A stretch of 64,000 nt of DNA from Paraspadella gotoi (Eukaryota > Animalia > Chaetognatha): positions 14,129,694 through 14,193,693 of the forward strand of contig CM119267.1 of NCBI GenBank assembly GCA_051294375.1, in the 5' to 3' direction. Below are positions 14,703 to 29,589 of this stretch, in pieces. Under the pieces are notes generated by a model that was not told where the DNA came from, did not search any database, and was given only the letters and a program-made list of their open reading frames with translations. Made by a program: the position numbers and the translations under genes. The first letter of the stretch is position 1; every line of letters starts with the position of its first letter.

Positions 14703-15674
14703 GTGCGGAACCTCATTGCTTTTTCATTTTCTCCATGACTGATTGACTTGGGTTTTTAGCTGGGTTTAAATCTTTTTCCAACGCCTCACTTTTTATTTTT
14801 TGTTTGATTGTTTTTTATTTTGTTTTTTGTGAGTTTTTTTTTTTGGTATTGAAAGGGCCCCATAGTTTTAAAGAATTGGCTTTTCCGAACTTTTCCATTC
14901 ACTTCACCATCTCTCTTCATTGATTCTCCTCCTTTCTCCATTCATTCCCTAATTTTTTTATCTCTCTCTCTCGCTTTCAAAAAATATCAAAACATCATTC
15001 CAAGTTTCTTTGCGTGTTCTGGAAAAAAGAAAAAAAAAGCGCAAAAACCTCTTCACCTCCAATCAGGGAATCTCCTTCAAGATGAGACGAACATTCTCCG
15101 AAAAAAAAAAAAAGAACGTTTCGCTGTTTGGAAGCTTTCAGTTTTTTTCACTCATTTTCGAAAGCAAATAATTTTTTTTAAAAGGACAAGAAGAAAAGGG
15201 AAAGGAGCAGGGCGGAAGGAAAAAGAAAAGAGGAAATCGTCTGCGGTGTTATTATTATTTTTTTTTTTTTTTTTTTTTGAGTCAGCTCGGTTTTATTCAA
15301 TTTTTTAAAGGTGAATAATGATTAATGCGTTTAATTTAAAAAAATGATCTCTCTCTTGGTGNNNNNNNNNNNNNNNNNNNNNNNNNCGAGATGCGAGCGA
15401 CGAATCGGAAAAAAGCCGAAGTCGAGAGAGATGGCCAAGATTCAACCCGAGATTCCATTCCATTCGCCTTCGCCAAAAAAAATGGCAAAACGACCGGCTT
15501 CAGTCAATATCCGAGTGTTAATATAGAATTGAGAAAATGTAAATGTCAGTGATAACGTGGAGAGACAAGCTTATTACTACGTAGTAGAAAACTGTCGCTC
15601 GAAAGATCAAAGACTGAAAGGATTCCGCAATTTTGTTACTTTTGTCTTTCCCTCGTTCATTGTCAACTTCAATT

Positions 15675-15723
<49 letters not shown>

Positions 15724-17027
15724 CTTTATTTTTTTCGATCAGAGGCGATGACGAGAGAAAAACCCCAGCGCGTTACGAGATGTCGACGCGCGTGAGTAAC
15801 GAGCTTGGTTCATCGTTCATTCGTCGTTCGTTCTTCGTTCATTCGTCGTTCGTTCTTCGTTCATTCGCCGTTCATTCGCCCCATCATCCAATCGCCCTCA
15901 TCACAGTTTGACCTGATTTTTTTTCTCATCTCTTTTTCGTTTCTCCTCTCGATCCGACGACCGAAGACCAAACCGCTCGTTTTCCGACTCATAAAAAAGT
16001 CGAATTAGAGGACCGAAAGCGTTTCTCATTTTCGAGGATGAGCCGGGCAAACAGGTCGCCACTTTTGATTCTCTTCTCGTTCTTACCAGCCTTGCAATTC
16101 CCTCACCGTGCCCTCCGAGCTGCCAGAGGAAAAAAAGTTCCTTACCCGAAGTAACTAGTCGTCAAACCGGAAACCTTGACTTCAGCTTTCTTCATTAACG
16201 TTCAAATTAAAAAAAATAAAATTCACGTCATTCTCAAATGATTTTGTAGTCGAGTGAACTTGAGTTTCTCTCTCGACGAACCCATCGGTGGTCGCAACCT
16301 ACCCACCCTCCGCCCTCTTTTATCCCTACCCCCCAATTCTTTCATCCCTACTTCCCTGCCACCTTTCCCCTTCCCCCTCACTGACACTCTTGTCTCCCTT
16401 CCCTACCCATCATTTCCTATCCTTTCCCCTCCCCGCTTTCACCCTACCCCCCCCCTAAAAAATCTCTACCCAACCCCCAACTTTCCCCCTTTCCCTTCCA
16501 ATCTCTTGTCCCCAGCGACTCGGCGAGTCGTGAGGCCGAAAAATTTTCGCCTTCCGTTCATCTTTTTTTGTTTCGAGATGAGTTGGCTGGGAATCGCATC
16601 GGCGGATCATAACAGAGACTCGGATTATGTTATCGAGCGCGAGAGAGGGAGAGGGAGAGAAGGAGAGATGGGAAATAGAGTGGGAGACGTTAACGATAAG
16701 ATTTATGCATTTTACTGTTCAGCTGATTCAATTACAGTTACGACAGTCAATATCCTCCAATATTCGGGCTGAGCTTGTAAAACAATTCGCTATCGTTGCA
16801 GGATCGTGGCAGGATAAATTACTTATTTAATAAATGAGTAACTTTTTTGATCATTTCACGATATCTTTCGCCTCGACACCATTTCAATCTGTCACCCATA
16901 AATCTCTCGCCTTTCCTCCGCATTCTCCTTCTGCTCCCTTCCTTCTCAGTCAAATATCACTCACAGTTTGAATCGATTTGACGAGACTCTGGAAACTGGA
17001 GAGTGACTCCAAGTGTGAAAGTGATTC

Positions 17028-17086
17028 TTTGTCTTTTGTCTTTTGTCTTTTGTCTTTTGTCTTTTGTCTTTTGTCTTTTGTCTTTT
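17028..17086 (+). repeat. (TTTTGTC)n-type short tandem repeat
   Basis: Repeated tttgtctt units; noisy copy at ~12944-13000. Confidence 0.85.
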
Positions 17087-17395
17087 CCTTTAATCTTTTG
17101 TTTCTTGATTTGTTTTGGTTTTCTGCCTTAGGTCGCCACGAACCCTGAGCGTTGTTTTGGTTATCTCAGACACAGAAGAGAAAGAGAACGACGACGACGA
17201 CGACGACTATAAGGACGACAGCCGAGTTGTCGCAATTGATTAGAGTCTGAGAAATCTCAAACATGTCAGCATTCAAGCAACTTTTTTTTTAATCAATAAA
17301 CTGAAAAATAAAAACCTTATTAGTTATTGAGAGACAATGCAGAGCAGGACTATGTATAACTTCCTTGAGCAACGACGAAGAAAAACTTTGACAAG

Positions 17396-17454
<59 letters not shown>

Positions 17455-18286
17455 CTCTCTCCTCTCTCAATCGACTCCACACTAATTTAATTTTTGTCGA
17501 TATTGACAGGATTCGAGGGCGCGAGCCGAAAAAAAAAAAGAGAAGGCTCTTCCCCGGATTGTAGTTTGATACGATAAGAAAAAGAGAGAGAGAGAGAGAG
17601 ATGCGATGAGAAGACGAGAGAGAGAGAGAGAGGGAGAGGAGGGGAGCATGGAGAGAGAGAAGAGAGAGGAGAGAGGAGATTGATGGAGAGGACGAGAAGA
17701 GAGAGAAGAGGAGCGCGCAGTTTCGGTCGTTTTTACCTTCAACTCAATTATTTTTTACGAAGTTTGTAATATTGAGTTCACGATGAACCTGCGTTTCTCA
17801 TTTTCTCTTTCTCTTTTCCATCTTTGAATTCTTAGCAAATTACAAAGTTGAACAACCACAACGACGACGACGATGATGATGATGATGATGATTATGATGA
17901 TGACGATGACGAGAGACAGAGACCGAGAAAGAGACAGAGACAAACAGAGAGACACGGAGAGAGAGACAGAATAGAGAAAAAAAATAAAAAGTGGACGAAT
18001 TATTTTTTTTTCAAAGTGGCCTTTGACAGTTTTCACCAGGTTTTCCCGCCATTCCAGGCTTCGACCAGGTTTAAGTTCTCCAGAGATTAAGAAACGTGAC
18101 CAGGTTAAGACAATTAACGAGGTTTTTCCAACCTTTCTAACACAGAGACCCACTTTCCTCTCGACCTGAGATTCGTTCGTGAACTCATCGTGAGAATTAG
18201 ACTAATGCGCTCATAACAGCATTAAGATATTTATTCAGCAGAAACTTATGTACAATTTGAGCGTGTGTCTTCTCTCTCTCTCTCTT

Positions 18287-18342
<56 letters not shown>

Positions 18343-18575
18343 ACTCCCACTCCCACTCCCACTCCCACTCCCACTCTCCCTCTCTCCATCCTTTTATTCT
18401 TGCCATAAAAAACCGTACATAACTCAATCATATGATAACACAAAAGTTCAACAAAAAAGATAAAAAAATTCCCGGCTCGAATATCGAAACCTTTCACCCG
18501 TGATCCGTCGAATCACAAATCGCCATCCATCTCACCGCCCCCCCATCCCTTCTCCCCTTCCCCTTCCCAATCCAG

Positions 18576-18762
18576 GTACGAGGATGAGGCCCGTGAGCAC
18601 GCCATCACGAAAGAGAACATCCCCAAGCTGGAGAAGGCCATCTCTGAGCGGGACGCCCAGATCGATTTCCTCACCAAGAACGTGGACGCGTTGGAGAGGG
18701 AACTGGCCAGGCTCAAGGGCGAGATCGCCAGGCTGCAGAGGGACCTCAATGACGCCAAGACG
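18576..18762 (+). CDS. IF exon, coil 1B (xYEDEAREHAITKENIPKLEKAISERDAQIDFLTKNVDALERELARLKGEIARLQRDLNDAKT)
   Basis: Acceptor tccag, donor gtgcgg, 187 nt, phase 2 to 0, open heptad-patterned frame. Confidence 0.9.
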
Positions 18763-20463
18763 GTGCGGATCCTCATTGCTTTTTCATTGTCTCATGACTG
18801 ATTGTCTTGGGTTTTTAGGCTGGGTTTAAATCTTTTTCCAACGCTCACTTTTTATTTTTTGTTTGATTGTTTTTTTATTTTGTTTTTTTGTGGGTTTTTT
18901 TTTTTTTGGTATTGAAAGAGGCCCCATAGTTTAAAGAAAATGTTTTCCAACTTTTTTCATTCATTCACCATCTCTCTTCATTGATTCATCCTCTTTCTCC
19001 ATTCATTCCTAATTTTTTTTTCTCTCTCTCTCGCTTTCAAAAAATATGCAAAACATCTTCCAATTTCTTGCGTGTCTCTGGAAAAAAGAAAAAAAAAAGC
19101 GCAAAAACCTCTTCACCTCCAACAGGGAATCTCCTTCAAGATGAGATCGAACATTCTCGAAAAGAAAAAAAAAAGAACCGTTCGCTTGTTTGGAAGCTTT
19201 CGAGTTTTTTCCACTCATTTTCTAAAGCAAATAATTTTTTGTTAAAAGAAAGAAGAGAAGGGAAAGGAGCAGGGGAAGAAAAAGAAAAGAGGAAATCGTC
19301 TGCGGTGTTATTATTATTATTTTTTTTTTTTTTTTTTGAGTCAGCTCGGTTTTATCAATTTTTTTTAAAGGTGAATAATGATAATGGTTTAATTTTTCAA
19401 AAAATGTCCGTAAGAGTTTTTTTTTCTTACTTTCTGGAAAAATAGATGCCAATTTTTTTCTTCAAAACTCGTCAGTCGTAATTTCGAAATAAAAATAATT
19501 TAATTAAGAAAAATATTTTTTTCCTGTGGCAGCTGACCCAAAAAAAAATTATTCTAACATAAACAAATGATTAAACGCCTCCTTCTTTACACTTTTTTGA
19601 TAAAATACTTCTCATTTGATTGTTGACATTGTTGTACATTCATTTATTTATCTATTTATTCATTTATTTGATTAATTTGATTAATTGGAATAAATTGATT
19701 GATTGATTTGATTGATTGATTCGAAATCAGTCGGCGGACGCGGAGATCGTGGCTCGAATCGAGTTGGAATCGATGTGTCAATCCAAGGACGACGAACTCA
19801 ATTTCCTCAGGAACATGTACGAGGAAAAGATCCGCCAGGTGAGGAAGCGGCGCCACCGTCGGCGACGAAAAGTATTAGGCCGTTAGGGGCGCGTTTGTTT
19901 AACTCCCTTCCACCCCGGTTCCCCGCAGTTGATGGACATGAACTTCGACTCGGAGGATTACCGCGCCATGTTCTCCAACGAGTTGGCTCTGGCCCTGAGG
20001 GACATCCGCGCGGAGTACGACGCCATCTTGGAGGCGCAAAAGGGCGCCGACAACGACTCCTGGTACAAGGCCAAGGTGAGGACATATTTCGGACGAAGGC
20101 GGATCGGGATCGAGGCTCGATGGTACGGCTTCGTCGGTGGCCTCGGTGGTCCTCTACGGGGCGGCGCCCGGCTAGGAGACCTTAACTTTATTTTCCACTG
20201 ACTCCTCCGTTAAATTTGCAGGTCGCGAAATGGCGATCGAACCACCTCGAATTTGGGGAAAAAAAGTAGACCCCCTGAAATTTGGTGGGACGTGCGAACT
20301 CGAGAATAAAAATAAAATAAAATGGGGAGAAATTTTGTTTCTTTTTCTTTTTTTCGTCGTGTGTTTGTGAAGATGAAAGAAACGAGAGAATTATTTCTCC
20401 TTTTATCAAATAGGGATAGGGGAAAAATTTTGCAGTGAATGAGAGAGGAGAGAGAGAGAGAGA

Positions 20464-20530
<67 letters not shown>

Positions 20531-21514
20531 TCTCAAAAAATAGCGAGAATTCGGAAAATGGTCGGAATCGAAGGGAAGAGTAAACGAAATGGAAATGGAA
20601 AAAAGAGAGAGAAAATGTTTCGAACAAACTAAAGGTGAGGAGAATTTAAAAACAAATTTCAGGGGGAAAAAATATAGGGGCCGGGGGGGGAGGGAGATTG
20701 AAAAAAAACTGAACAAAAAAAACCGTTTTATTTGAAAGAAAAAAAGTGAGGAACAAACAAGAGGAGAAAAATAGTGGTGGAAGAAAAAAAAGGGGGGAGA
20801 ATATCGAGCGAGAAAACGCATTCGCCATCGAAGGGGTTTTGGGGGGTGGAGGAGGGGTAAGGTGAGCACTGAGCAGTGGTGGGAAAGAAGGGTTCGGAAG
20901 AGTATTTTCTCTCTCTTTTTTTTTTTTTTTTTTATTTGCATTTTCAGGTTCCTTTCTGATGCACTTATGTCGTTCACTTGATATAAGCACCTCTGTTAAT
21001 TTATCGGGAAAGAAATATGAGAATTTGAAGTTTTTCTTTTGTTTAAATAATCAAGTTTTTTCGGATTATTTAACCTCTTGGATGACAAATCAAAAGTTAT
21101 TGAGCGAAAATAAACCTAAAAATGAATAATGAATATTGAATAATGAATAATATATTTTTGTGACTGTGCGAACCGGACGCCACTATATATCCCCGACTCC
21201 CGACGCTACTTTCGCAAATTGTTTGATTTTCTATTAGAATCGAGCGGGAATCGAGAGAGCCTGAGAGTCTGAGAGCCTGAGAGAGTCTCAAAGTAGAGAG
21301 AGAGAGAGAGAGAGAGGAAAGTGAAGGAGAAATGAACCAAAAAAAAAATAATACAATCGAATCTAAGTCGTCGATTGTTTGCTGCCGATGAGTCACACAC
21401 ATTTTTAGTCCATTTTGTTTCCCTCTTTTTTAAGTCGAGAGTGGGTTTTTTTTTTTTCTTCAGAAGGGAAAAATGGCAGGTCTTCTGCATTAATCGGGAA
21501 TAATAACTATATTT

Positions 21515-21550
<36 letters not shown>

Positions 21551-21552
21551 CT

Positions 21553-21609
<57 letters not shown>

Positions 21610-24600
21610 CAACGAAATGATGATGACGTCCAGCGATCTGCAACGAGCTCGCCGGCGCCAAGGACGAAGCTCAAAAAGGCGCGCGCCAAATACGCGAAAC
21701 TGCAAGAGGAGATCATGCGCTGCGGGCGCAGAACGCCGCGCTGGAGGAGCGCATCGCCGCGCTGGAGGCCGAGCTCGACGAGCAGGTGGGTGCAAGCTGG
21801 AGTTTGTGTGGGGTGAGTTCGTTGACAAAGTGGAAGGGGAACCCTGCATCGAGAGCTGGCTCTCATGTAAACGTCACATGTCTTTCGGAATCGAAAGATG
21901 ATTTTACAGTTTTACCGACCCGTTTTTAATTTCATTTGTTTTCTACCTTACCACGACCTCTGGATGTCGTTCGTCCACTCATTCCCTCACCTATTCTAAT
22001 ACTTCGTTGTTCCTTACTTCTCTCTTTTCTTTTCTTTCCGTCGAACTACACAACGACACTACCATTTCTTTCACACTATCCTCACTCCCGAACTCTCTCT
22101 AAAATCAACATCTAAATCACATCCCTCTACCGCAGGCTAAGATGCACCGAGAGCAAATCAACGAGCGCGACGCCGAATCGAGAAGCTGCGCGCGCAACTC
22201 GCGCGCAATTCTCGAGTTGAAGGAGTTGATGGACTCGAAACTGGCGCTCGACGCCGAGATCTGCACCTACAGGCGCCTCCTGCAGGGAGAGGAGCATAGG
22301 TGGGTTTCGGACAAAACGACAAAAAGACCAAAAAGTCCTTATAACTATTATATTTCCGACTGAATTCGACTGATTTCGACAAAAAACATTTTTTCTTCGA
22401 CAATCCTTTATTCTTCCGTGATTTCCATGACAACAAACGCAAAATAAATACAAAAAAAACAACAAAAAAATCCCTTTTTTTTTGTCGGAACCGAAACCAA
22501 AAAGAGATAATTCGATATTTTTTTCGCTCCTTTGTAATCGGTTTCTGAATATAAGGAGAGATTAAAGCTTTTTTTGAATAATGCCCCAGTATTTAAAAGA
22601 AAACTTGACTTTGTTAAGGTTTATTAACCGTCGATTTTCTTTACTTTTTTTTCCTTTCCCCCTCCCTAAAAACACTTCGCTCTCTTCTTTGCCACGCCCA
22701 TTCTCCCTGAACGCAACCACCACCACTCTCTCGATCCCCTCCACCACAACTTTCCCCACTCCCGACATCCCCGCGCAGGCTGAAGGACCACATGTCGGGT
22801 CAGGTCACGGTCCAAGGATCCTCCAGCAGCGCGTCCGCCACTGCCGGCGGCGCCTCGCAGCAAGGTAAGTTGATCGAAAGAGGCACTTACCTCTAAAACA
22901 CCTCATTAAAAAGTCGTTTTTATAAAAAAAATTACAACGCTGCGTAATATTTAGTTCAAAGCGTCGTTTTCGCATATAATCCTTAGTTTTACGCTGTTTT
23001 GATGTGATTATAACCTTTGTTCATCGTTTAAAAAAAACCTAATCTCTACCCTTCACATGTCATTATAAAACAAAAATAATAACTGTAATAAAAGGCAATA
23101 TTAGTAAGAGTTGGAAAAATATAGGCTAAAATAATGATTGCTCGTGTTTTGCTCCAAGAGTTGGGATGTGTTTCTGCATGGAGTGAGAATTTGCGTTTGA
23201 CAAACCCTCTTTTTCCTCTGAAGGTCTGAGAAAAGGGAGTCAGTAATGAAGAAATTAAATAGCGATGAGAGAAAGATCACCATATCGTTTCGCTTTTTTT
23301 TTTATTTTGGGGTTTTTTTACCTTGGTTTTCAGTTTTTATCAATTTTATTTTAAGTACTCTTTTTTTTTAATCTTTCGGGGATGACTGCTTTGTATTCGT
23401 AACCTTTATTAACACTACCCTATCCCACTCAAAAAAACAAAAAAATTCCAACAATCTTGAACAAAAGTGACCGTATAATTTTTTTTTTCTGAGAGTTACA
23501 CAAAAAAAAAACAAGCATGCAACGCTGGCATTAGACGTCAAAATTAGAGAGGAATAAATTTATCGTTGTAATGGCAGGGCAATTTCTGTAAAATGAGCCA
23601 AAATCGTAAAATTTAACTTATTTTTATTTGAAAGAAACGCTTTTAAACCTCATTAACCTCCATGTTGCTCTTTACCTTGTCATCCTTTCTTTGCCACTCG
23701 AAAGACGAGGCGACCAAAAAATAAATCCAAAATCCTGTCTCCTGCGTATCACAAAAAAAAAATCGTCATTAAAGAAATTAAAATCTCCGCGCGTCTTAAA
23801 AAAAAAAAAATCACAAACACCTCTCTCTGTACTCGCCTTGTGTGTAAATTGCATGTATAATAAAAATGGTGGTTCTCCAAGGATCAGACCCGAAATCGAC
23901 GTGGGTAATTCCTCTCTCTCTCTTCTCTCTCTCTCCTCTCTCTAGATTCCCCTCTGGAGATTTTCAACTTAAAATAACTTATTTCGCGGTCGAAATTCTG
24001 CGCTTGAATCGTTTTTAATAAGGCACTTTAAAAATTTATGTATCAATAAACTATAAATAGCATTTATTTAGCAGTTAAAGTAAACAGAAAAAAAAATAAT
24101 ATCGAGGAGAATTTCGAAAGGCTTTCTCTTCCACTTCTCGATCTCTCATTCCTTAATTCAACACTTTTTTTGTCTTTCATTAAATCTCAGAAACGGAAAT
24201 TCTTTGGTTCTTGTCTCTCAATTTTATTTTAAAGAATAAAATGTGGACTAACCTTAGGCCCATGGCGAATCTAACCAATGAATGTTTTTTGTTTGTTTTT
24301 TTTTTTTTTTTTGGTCGCAAAGAATTTCCTGTTTTCTCTTTTCTTTTAAAGATTCCATCCGTAGTCCTTGTGAAGGGATTAAGTAGATATAATGAGCAGC
24401 GAGTAGCGGATGTATGCACTCAATATATAATAACTTATATGTTTTCAAAAGAAGTCATAGATTTTGACACTTGCATACATCTCCCGCTCGCCGAAGTCTT
24501 TCTATGAATCCACCGCCGTAATCCGTACTATAAACGCGTAACGCGCTAGTTTTATAGTTAAGAGCCCATAGAAAGACCGCCAGTGAGTCAAATCTCAGGG

Positions 24601-27600
24601 TACCAAATCTTCTTTCTTCTTTTTTTTTTTTGTTTCCTCGCTCTCGAATCTATACTAGAGAATTTTTTAGACGTATTAGAATTTAGTCATTTTCTTAATT
24701 TCTTTTTTTTTTTTTTAATCTGCGTCGCGCTTCTTTTTAGTTACACCGACTTCAATTTCGAGGCGAGAAAAAAAAAAGATTGAAATGACTCGGTGTACAA
24801 ACTCTTAGATTTTTTTTATTATTAATATCATTTTCTTAAATCATGACATTTAACCAAGAATGTGATTGCGCATGCCGAATGTGTAGCAGGACTATATGGT
24901 GATGGAAGTAAAAAAATTGTTCGTAGATTTAAATTGATTACGAAGGTAATTTTGGGTAAAAAAAAAAGTCGATTAGAAATATAGTTTGGGATTTCTGATA
25001 ATGACCTTATGTAACAATCTCCCTTCATGATCTTATATTCATGCATCATGGTGATACTAAAAGATATTTTTTTAACCTCGGAATATAATGCTTAAATTTT
25101 TTAAAAATCTGCTTGCCTAATCCTTTGCTTTAGCTTTAGCCAAGACCATTTGTTTGCAGTATGATTTTTTTTGGTTTGCCTGAATACCGATTTTCTGGCC
25201 ACTGAAAAAATTTATTTTGAATGGAATTTGCTTATTTTATTTTATTTTATTTTTGAAGAAGAAAAAACAGAGGTGATGGAAAGTTTAGGTCAGCCATACA
25301 AAGTCTGGGTGCGAGTTTTTCTAAAAAATTGGAAGAATTGAAAATTTTGTCGCTGGAAAATGTAACAATTTCTTCCAACTTTGGGGGCGGTATTCTTAGT
25401 AATAATCTCTTTTTTAACATTGTTTACTATATTTTAGATCGTCGCATAACTTTGTTTGAGTCTTCAATTTGTTGAGTTTTTAAAACTCAGGAGGGACTTA
25501 TTTATCTTTTCATACATCCATATATATATGGAGTTAAATTTATTAAATCGAATTTAAATCCAGCATCGCTGTTCTCTGAACTTAACCGTCACTTTGTTCT
25601 ATTCGCAGAATTTTTACGTTCAAAAACTTTCACTTTTAAATCACTGTAAAGGCAAGTCTTTATCCACACGATTCAAACTTTAATAGGAATCATTTCAATC
25701 TGAGAGAAAACTGTTTATTTTTATCGTTTTCAAATGATCTTCCGAAAAATCGGTTCTTCTACGCATGCGTGTTCCACGTTATTCGAATTTCACGGCTCAG
25801 CCTTTTTTGGTTGATGCTTGAAGTTTTTTTTTATTTCTGTTTATATTCTTTTTTTATTGTTGTCACGAGAGCCTTCCTTTATGTAAGTTCGGCTGCAAAC
25901 GAACCAATCTGTGTTAGCAAAACTAATACACTGTTTTCACCCACCCACCCATTTTATTTCCTCTTTTTTTAATTCATTGATTATTTTTTCTTATTATTTC
26001 TGGTTATTCTGGTACCCTGAAAAACTTGGTCGACGACTTCTGCCATAGTTTATTTAAAAAAAAATAAATTCAGCGATATTCCATTCATTATAAATTACAC
26101 TCGTACTGCAATGATACAATGGTACTCTATATCTGAGCAATTAATAATTAAGTAAAAATTTAAATGCTCGGATTAATTATAATAAGCACAGAGTACAAAA
26201 TGAAAGCAATCTTTCTTACAAGAGTGTTTTCGAGCAAGTGCTCTCTTGAATGACACAAACAATTGCTTCAAGATGATTCAAGATAATTATTCTCCCGCAT
26301 TGCGTGGGTGATATTACATTTTTTAGCGCTTAAACAAGAATATAAATCTTAAGATATATTTAAAATTGATATTTATTTTTGGAAATTAATGCCTTTTTTG
26401 GTGCTAGAGTATTCGGCATCTTGATGCATGTTTTTTAGAATAGTCGGTCACGTTTCTTTTTGAGCGATTCTTATTTACTAATAAACATGTACAAATAGAA
26501 ATTATATTTATAGATTTTAATTTTTTTTCGCCACTAGATGACGTGACCGACGAAAAGAAACCAAAATCAACGAATTAAATTTTTATAATTTTTTTTCTAA
26601 AAAAAAATTTAAAAAAAGGTTGTCATTCATCCACCGACACGCTTCGTGTACTTTCGTTTTCATTGCAGTGATCAGAGAAATGTCTTCAGAAATGCAGTCG
26701 TCAGCCGGTGGTGGCCATGGCGGCATGGGCAATGAGCGGTGGTGGATCCTACGGGGGCGGCTCCTCTTCGTCCTCTCTTACTCTTACTCCAAGAAAACCG
26801 TGTCATCCAGCTCTATGATTCAGTAGACGACAGGGAACGATTTTGTGATTCGCTAGATAATCTAGGTTGGGCGGGAGATTTAGTGATCTACGAAAAATGT
26901 CGGGCGAAGCCTTTCTGGTTTTTTTGGGGCTTTTTTTTTTACAAAGTTTAAAACATATTAAATAACGCGGTTCAGAGATTTTGAGGGTAAACAAAACGAT
27001 CGATACGCAGAGACGGTAAAAAAAATAATTTTGTTTTCGTGTATTTGTTTTTTACTTCATCTTCATTATTTTTTTTTATATTCATTTTAGTCTCTTTTCG
27101 AGCTCCGCTATGTGTGTAAACTAATTGGTGGCTGAATTATAAACAAATTAGTCTACTGAAGGGAAACGAGTATTTTTCGATGCCCACTCATCGAAAAAAT
27201 GCTTCGTTCCCTTCAAAAAAAAAATACAAACAAAAAACAAACAAAATGCTTAAGAACATTGTCGCTTACCAACACATGGCATGTCCACTATTTTAATTGT
27301 AACAAATAGTTTTTTTACGCTTTTCAAACTTATAGATGCCAGTAAAATCGTCTATAATGTCAATCTTTCAAAGTACTACTTTTTAAAAAAATAAATACAA
27401 CGCTTTGTACAAAAAAATTGCTTGTACCAAACGTCATCGCTCATTCCACAAAAAAATTTAATTCGAGACGGCAAAACACAATAATTTTTTCTCTTTTACC
27501 CTAAATTCTCACCGATTTTAAGTTTATTTTTTTGTGACACTCGTGCGGCAGGAAAATTAGGATTTTAAATTGGTGTTCCGCTTATATTTTTTATGAGGCT

Positions 27601-27823
27601 CCAAGCGAATTAAAAATCACGATTGTGATATGAATTTTTTTTCCTCTCTCTATCATGTACACAATTTTTTTTCATCGATTAAAGCGTTTGATCACATAAG
27701 AAGCACAAACAAAAGAACAATGAAACTTCCAAACTGAAAAAGGGAAAAAAACATTTGGTTTTTATAGACTCGCGTACGTCATGAATCCATTTGCTTTTCT
27801 CTTTATAGTGACCATCTCCTAAG

Positions 27824-27893
<70 letters not shown>

Positions 27894-29495
27894 AAACCTT
27901 TATTCTCTCTCCCTCTGTCCTCTATCTCGTCACGTAATTAATTTGAAATATAAACACATTTTTTTTGCGGTCTACAGTGGAACGGAAGACTCTGCTCGCA
28001 CCGTTTCATTAAAAGACTTTCAGTAGTGTTACTCTAGTCTCAGTAGCTGATTTAGACGGACTCGGATCGGCCCTCGTAGTAGTGACGCCGTTTACCACGA
28101 CGACGGTCACGAGCAACAGTCCGACACCCCCCTTCCTCCGAATTCCCCGCACTCTTGGACCTGACCCCATCCAGATCCGGGAGACCCGGGCCTGACCTGA
28201 CCCAGACGAAACTACCCGTGAGGCAGACCTGCTCAACACAGATGCGAAACGTCGAATTCCATCGCCGAAAAACAAACTTCCATATATAAAATTCGCATTC
28301 TTAGATTATTTTATTTAGAATAATATTTGGCAAAAAAAGTAGACCGAAGTCTGGAAATGCAATTATCAAAAGTAGAATTTTTAGATTTAATACGGCAATT
28401 AGTGAAAAAAAAAATATTAGTAGAAAAAGAAGAGAGGGGAGAGAAAAAACGTGAAAAAACGACGAAAGAAAAATATTTCCTTTCTTAAATCTGACACGAA
28501 CTTCGTCTTTACACGCTGTCTCTCTCTCATAATAGACTCCTATTTTAATTAGAATAAATTTGACAACAAATAGAAAGAACATCAGTTGCATGGACTTCAT
28601 AATTCTAGAGTTGCTGCTTGTTAAGTCCTTTCTAGAAGGAGCGAAAGTACCCTGTATGAATTAGTTTGTTTTCATTTGATTTTTAAAACAGGTCAACCTT
28701 TGTCTGTTTGTGGTTCAAGAGTTGTGACTTTTTCTTCAAACGACTTTTTGAGTTTACGATTTCCATTTAATTTCTTGGTGATCTCACATCTAACGCTCTC
28801 ANNNNNNNNNNNNNNNNNNNNNNNNNTTTGGGGGGTGGAGGAGGGGGTAAGGTGAGCGCTGAGCAGTGGTGGGAAAGAAGGGTTCGGAAGAGTATTTTCT
28901 CTCTTTTCTTTTTTTTTTCTTTATTTGCATTTTCAGGTCTCCTTTTCTGATGCACTTATGTCGTTCACTTGATATAAGCACCTCTGTTAATTTATCGGGA
29001 AAGAAATAGAAATTTGAAGGTTTATCTTTTGTTAAAAGAATTCAAGTTTTTTCGGATTATTTAACCTTTGGATGACAAATCAAAAGTTATTGAGCGAAAA
29101 TAAACCTAAAAATGAATAATGAATATTGAATAATGAATAATATTGTTTTTGTGTCGAACCGGACGCCACTATATATCCCCGACTCCCGAGTACAACCCTT
29201 TCGCAAATTGTTTGATTTTCTATTAGAATCGAGTGGGAATCGAGAGAGCCTGAGAGTCTGAGAGCCTGAGAGAGTCTCCAAAGTTGAGAGAGAGAGAGAG
29301 AAAGTGAAGGAGAAATGAACCAAAAAAAAATAATACAAATCGAACCTCAGTCGTCGATTGTTTGCTGCCGATGAGTCACACACATTTTTAGTCCATTTTG
29401 TTTCCCTCTTTTTTAAGTCGAGAGTGGGTTATTTTTTTTTTCTTCAGAAGGGAAAATGGAGGTCTTTGCATTAATCGGAATAATAACTTATAATA

Positions 29496-29589
<94 letters not shown>

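Larger units (their letters stand above)
11039..19406 (+). repeat. Tandem duplication of about 4.1 kb (11039-15346 vs 15387-19406) across a 25-N gap
   Basis: Both copies start cgagatgcgagcgacgaa and end gtgaataatga...aaaatg; they differ mainly by short indels; gap at 15362-15386. Confidence 0.95.
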
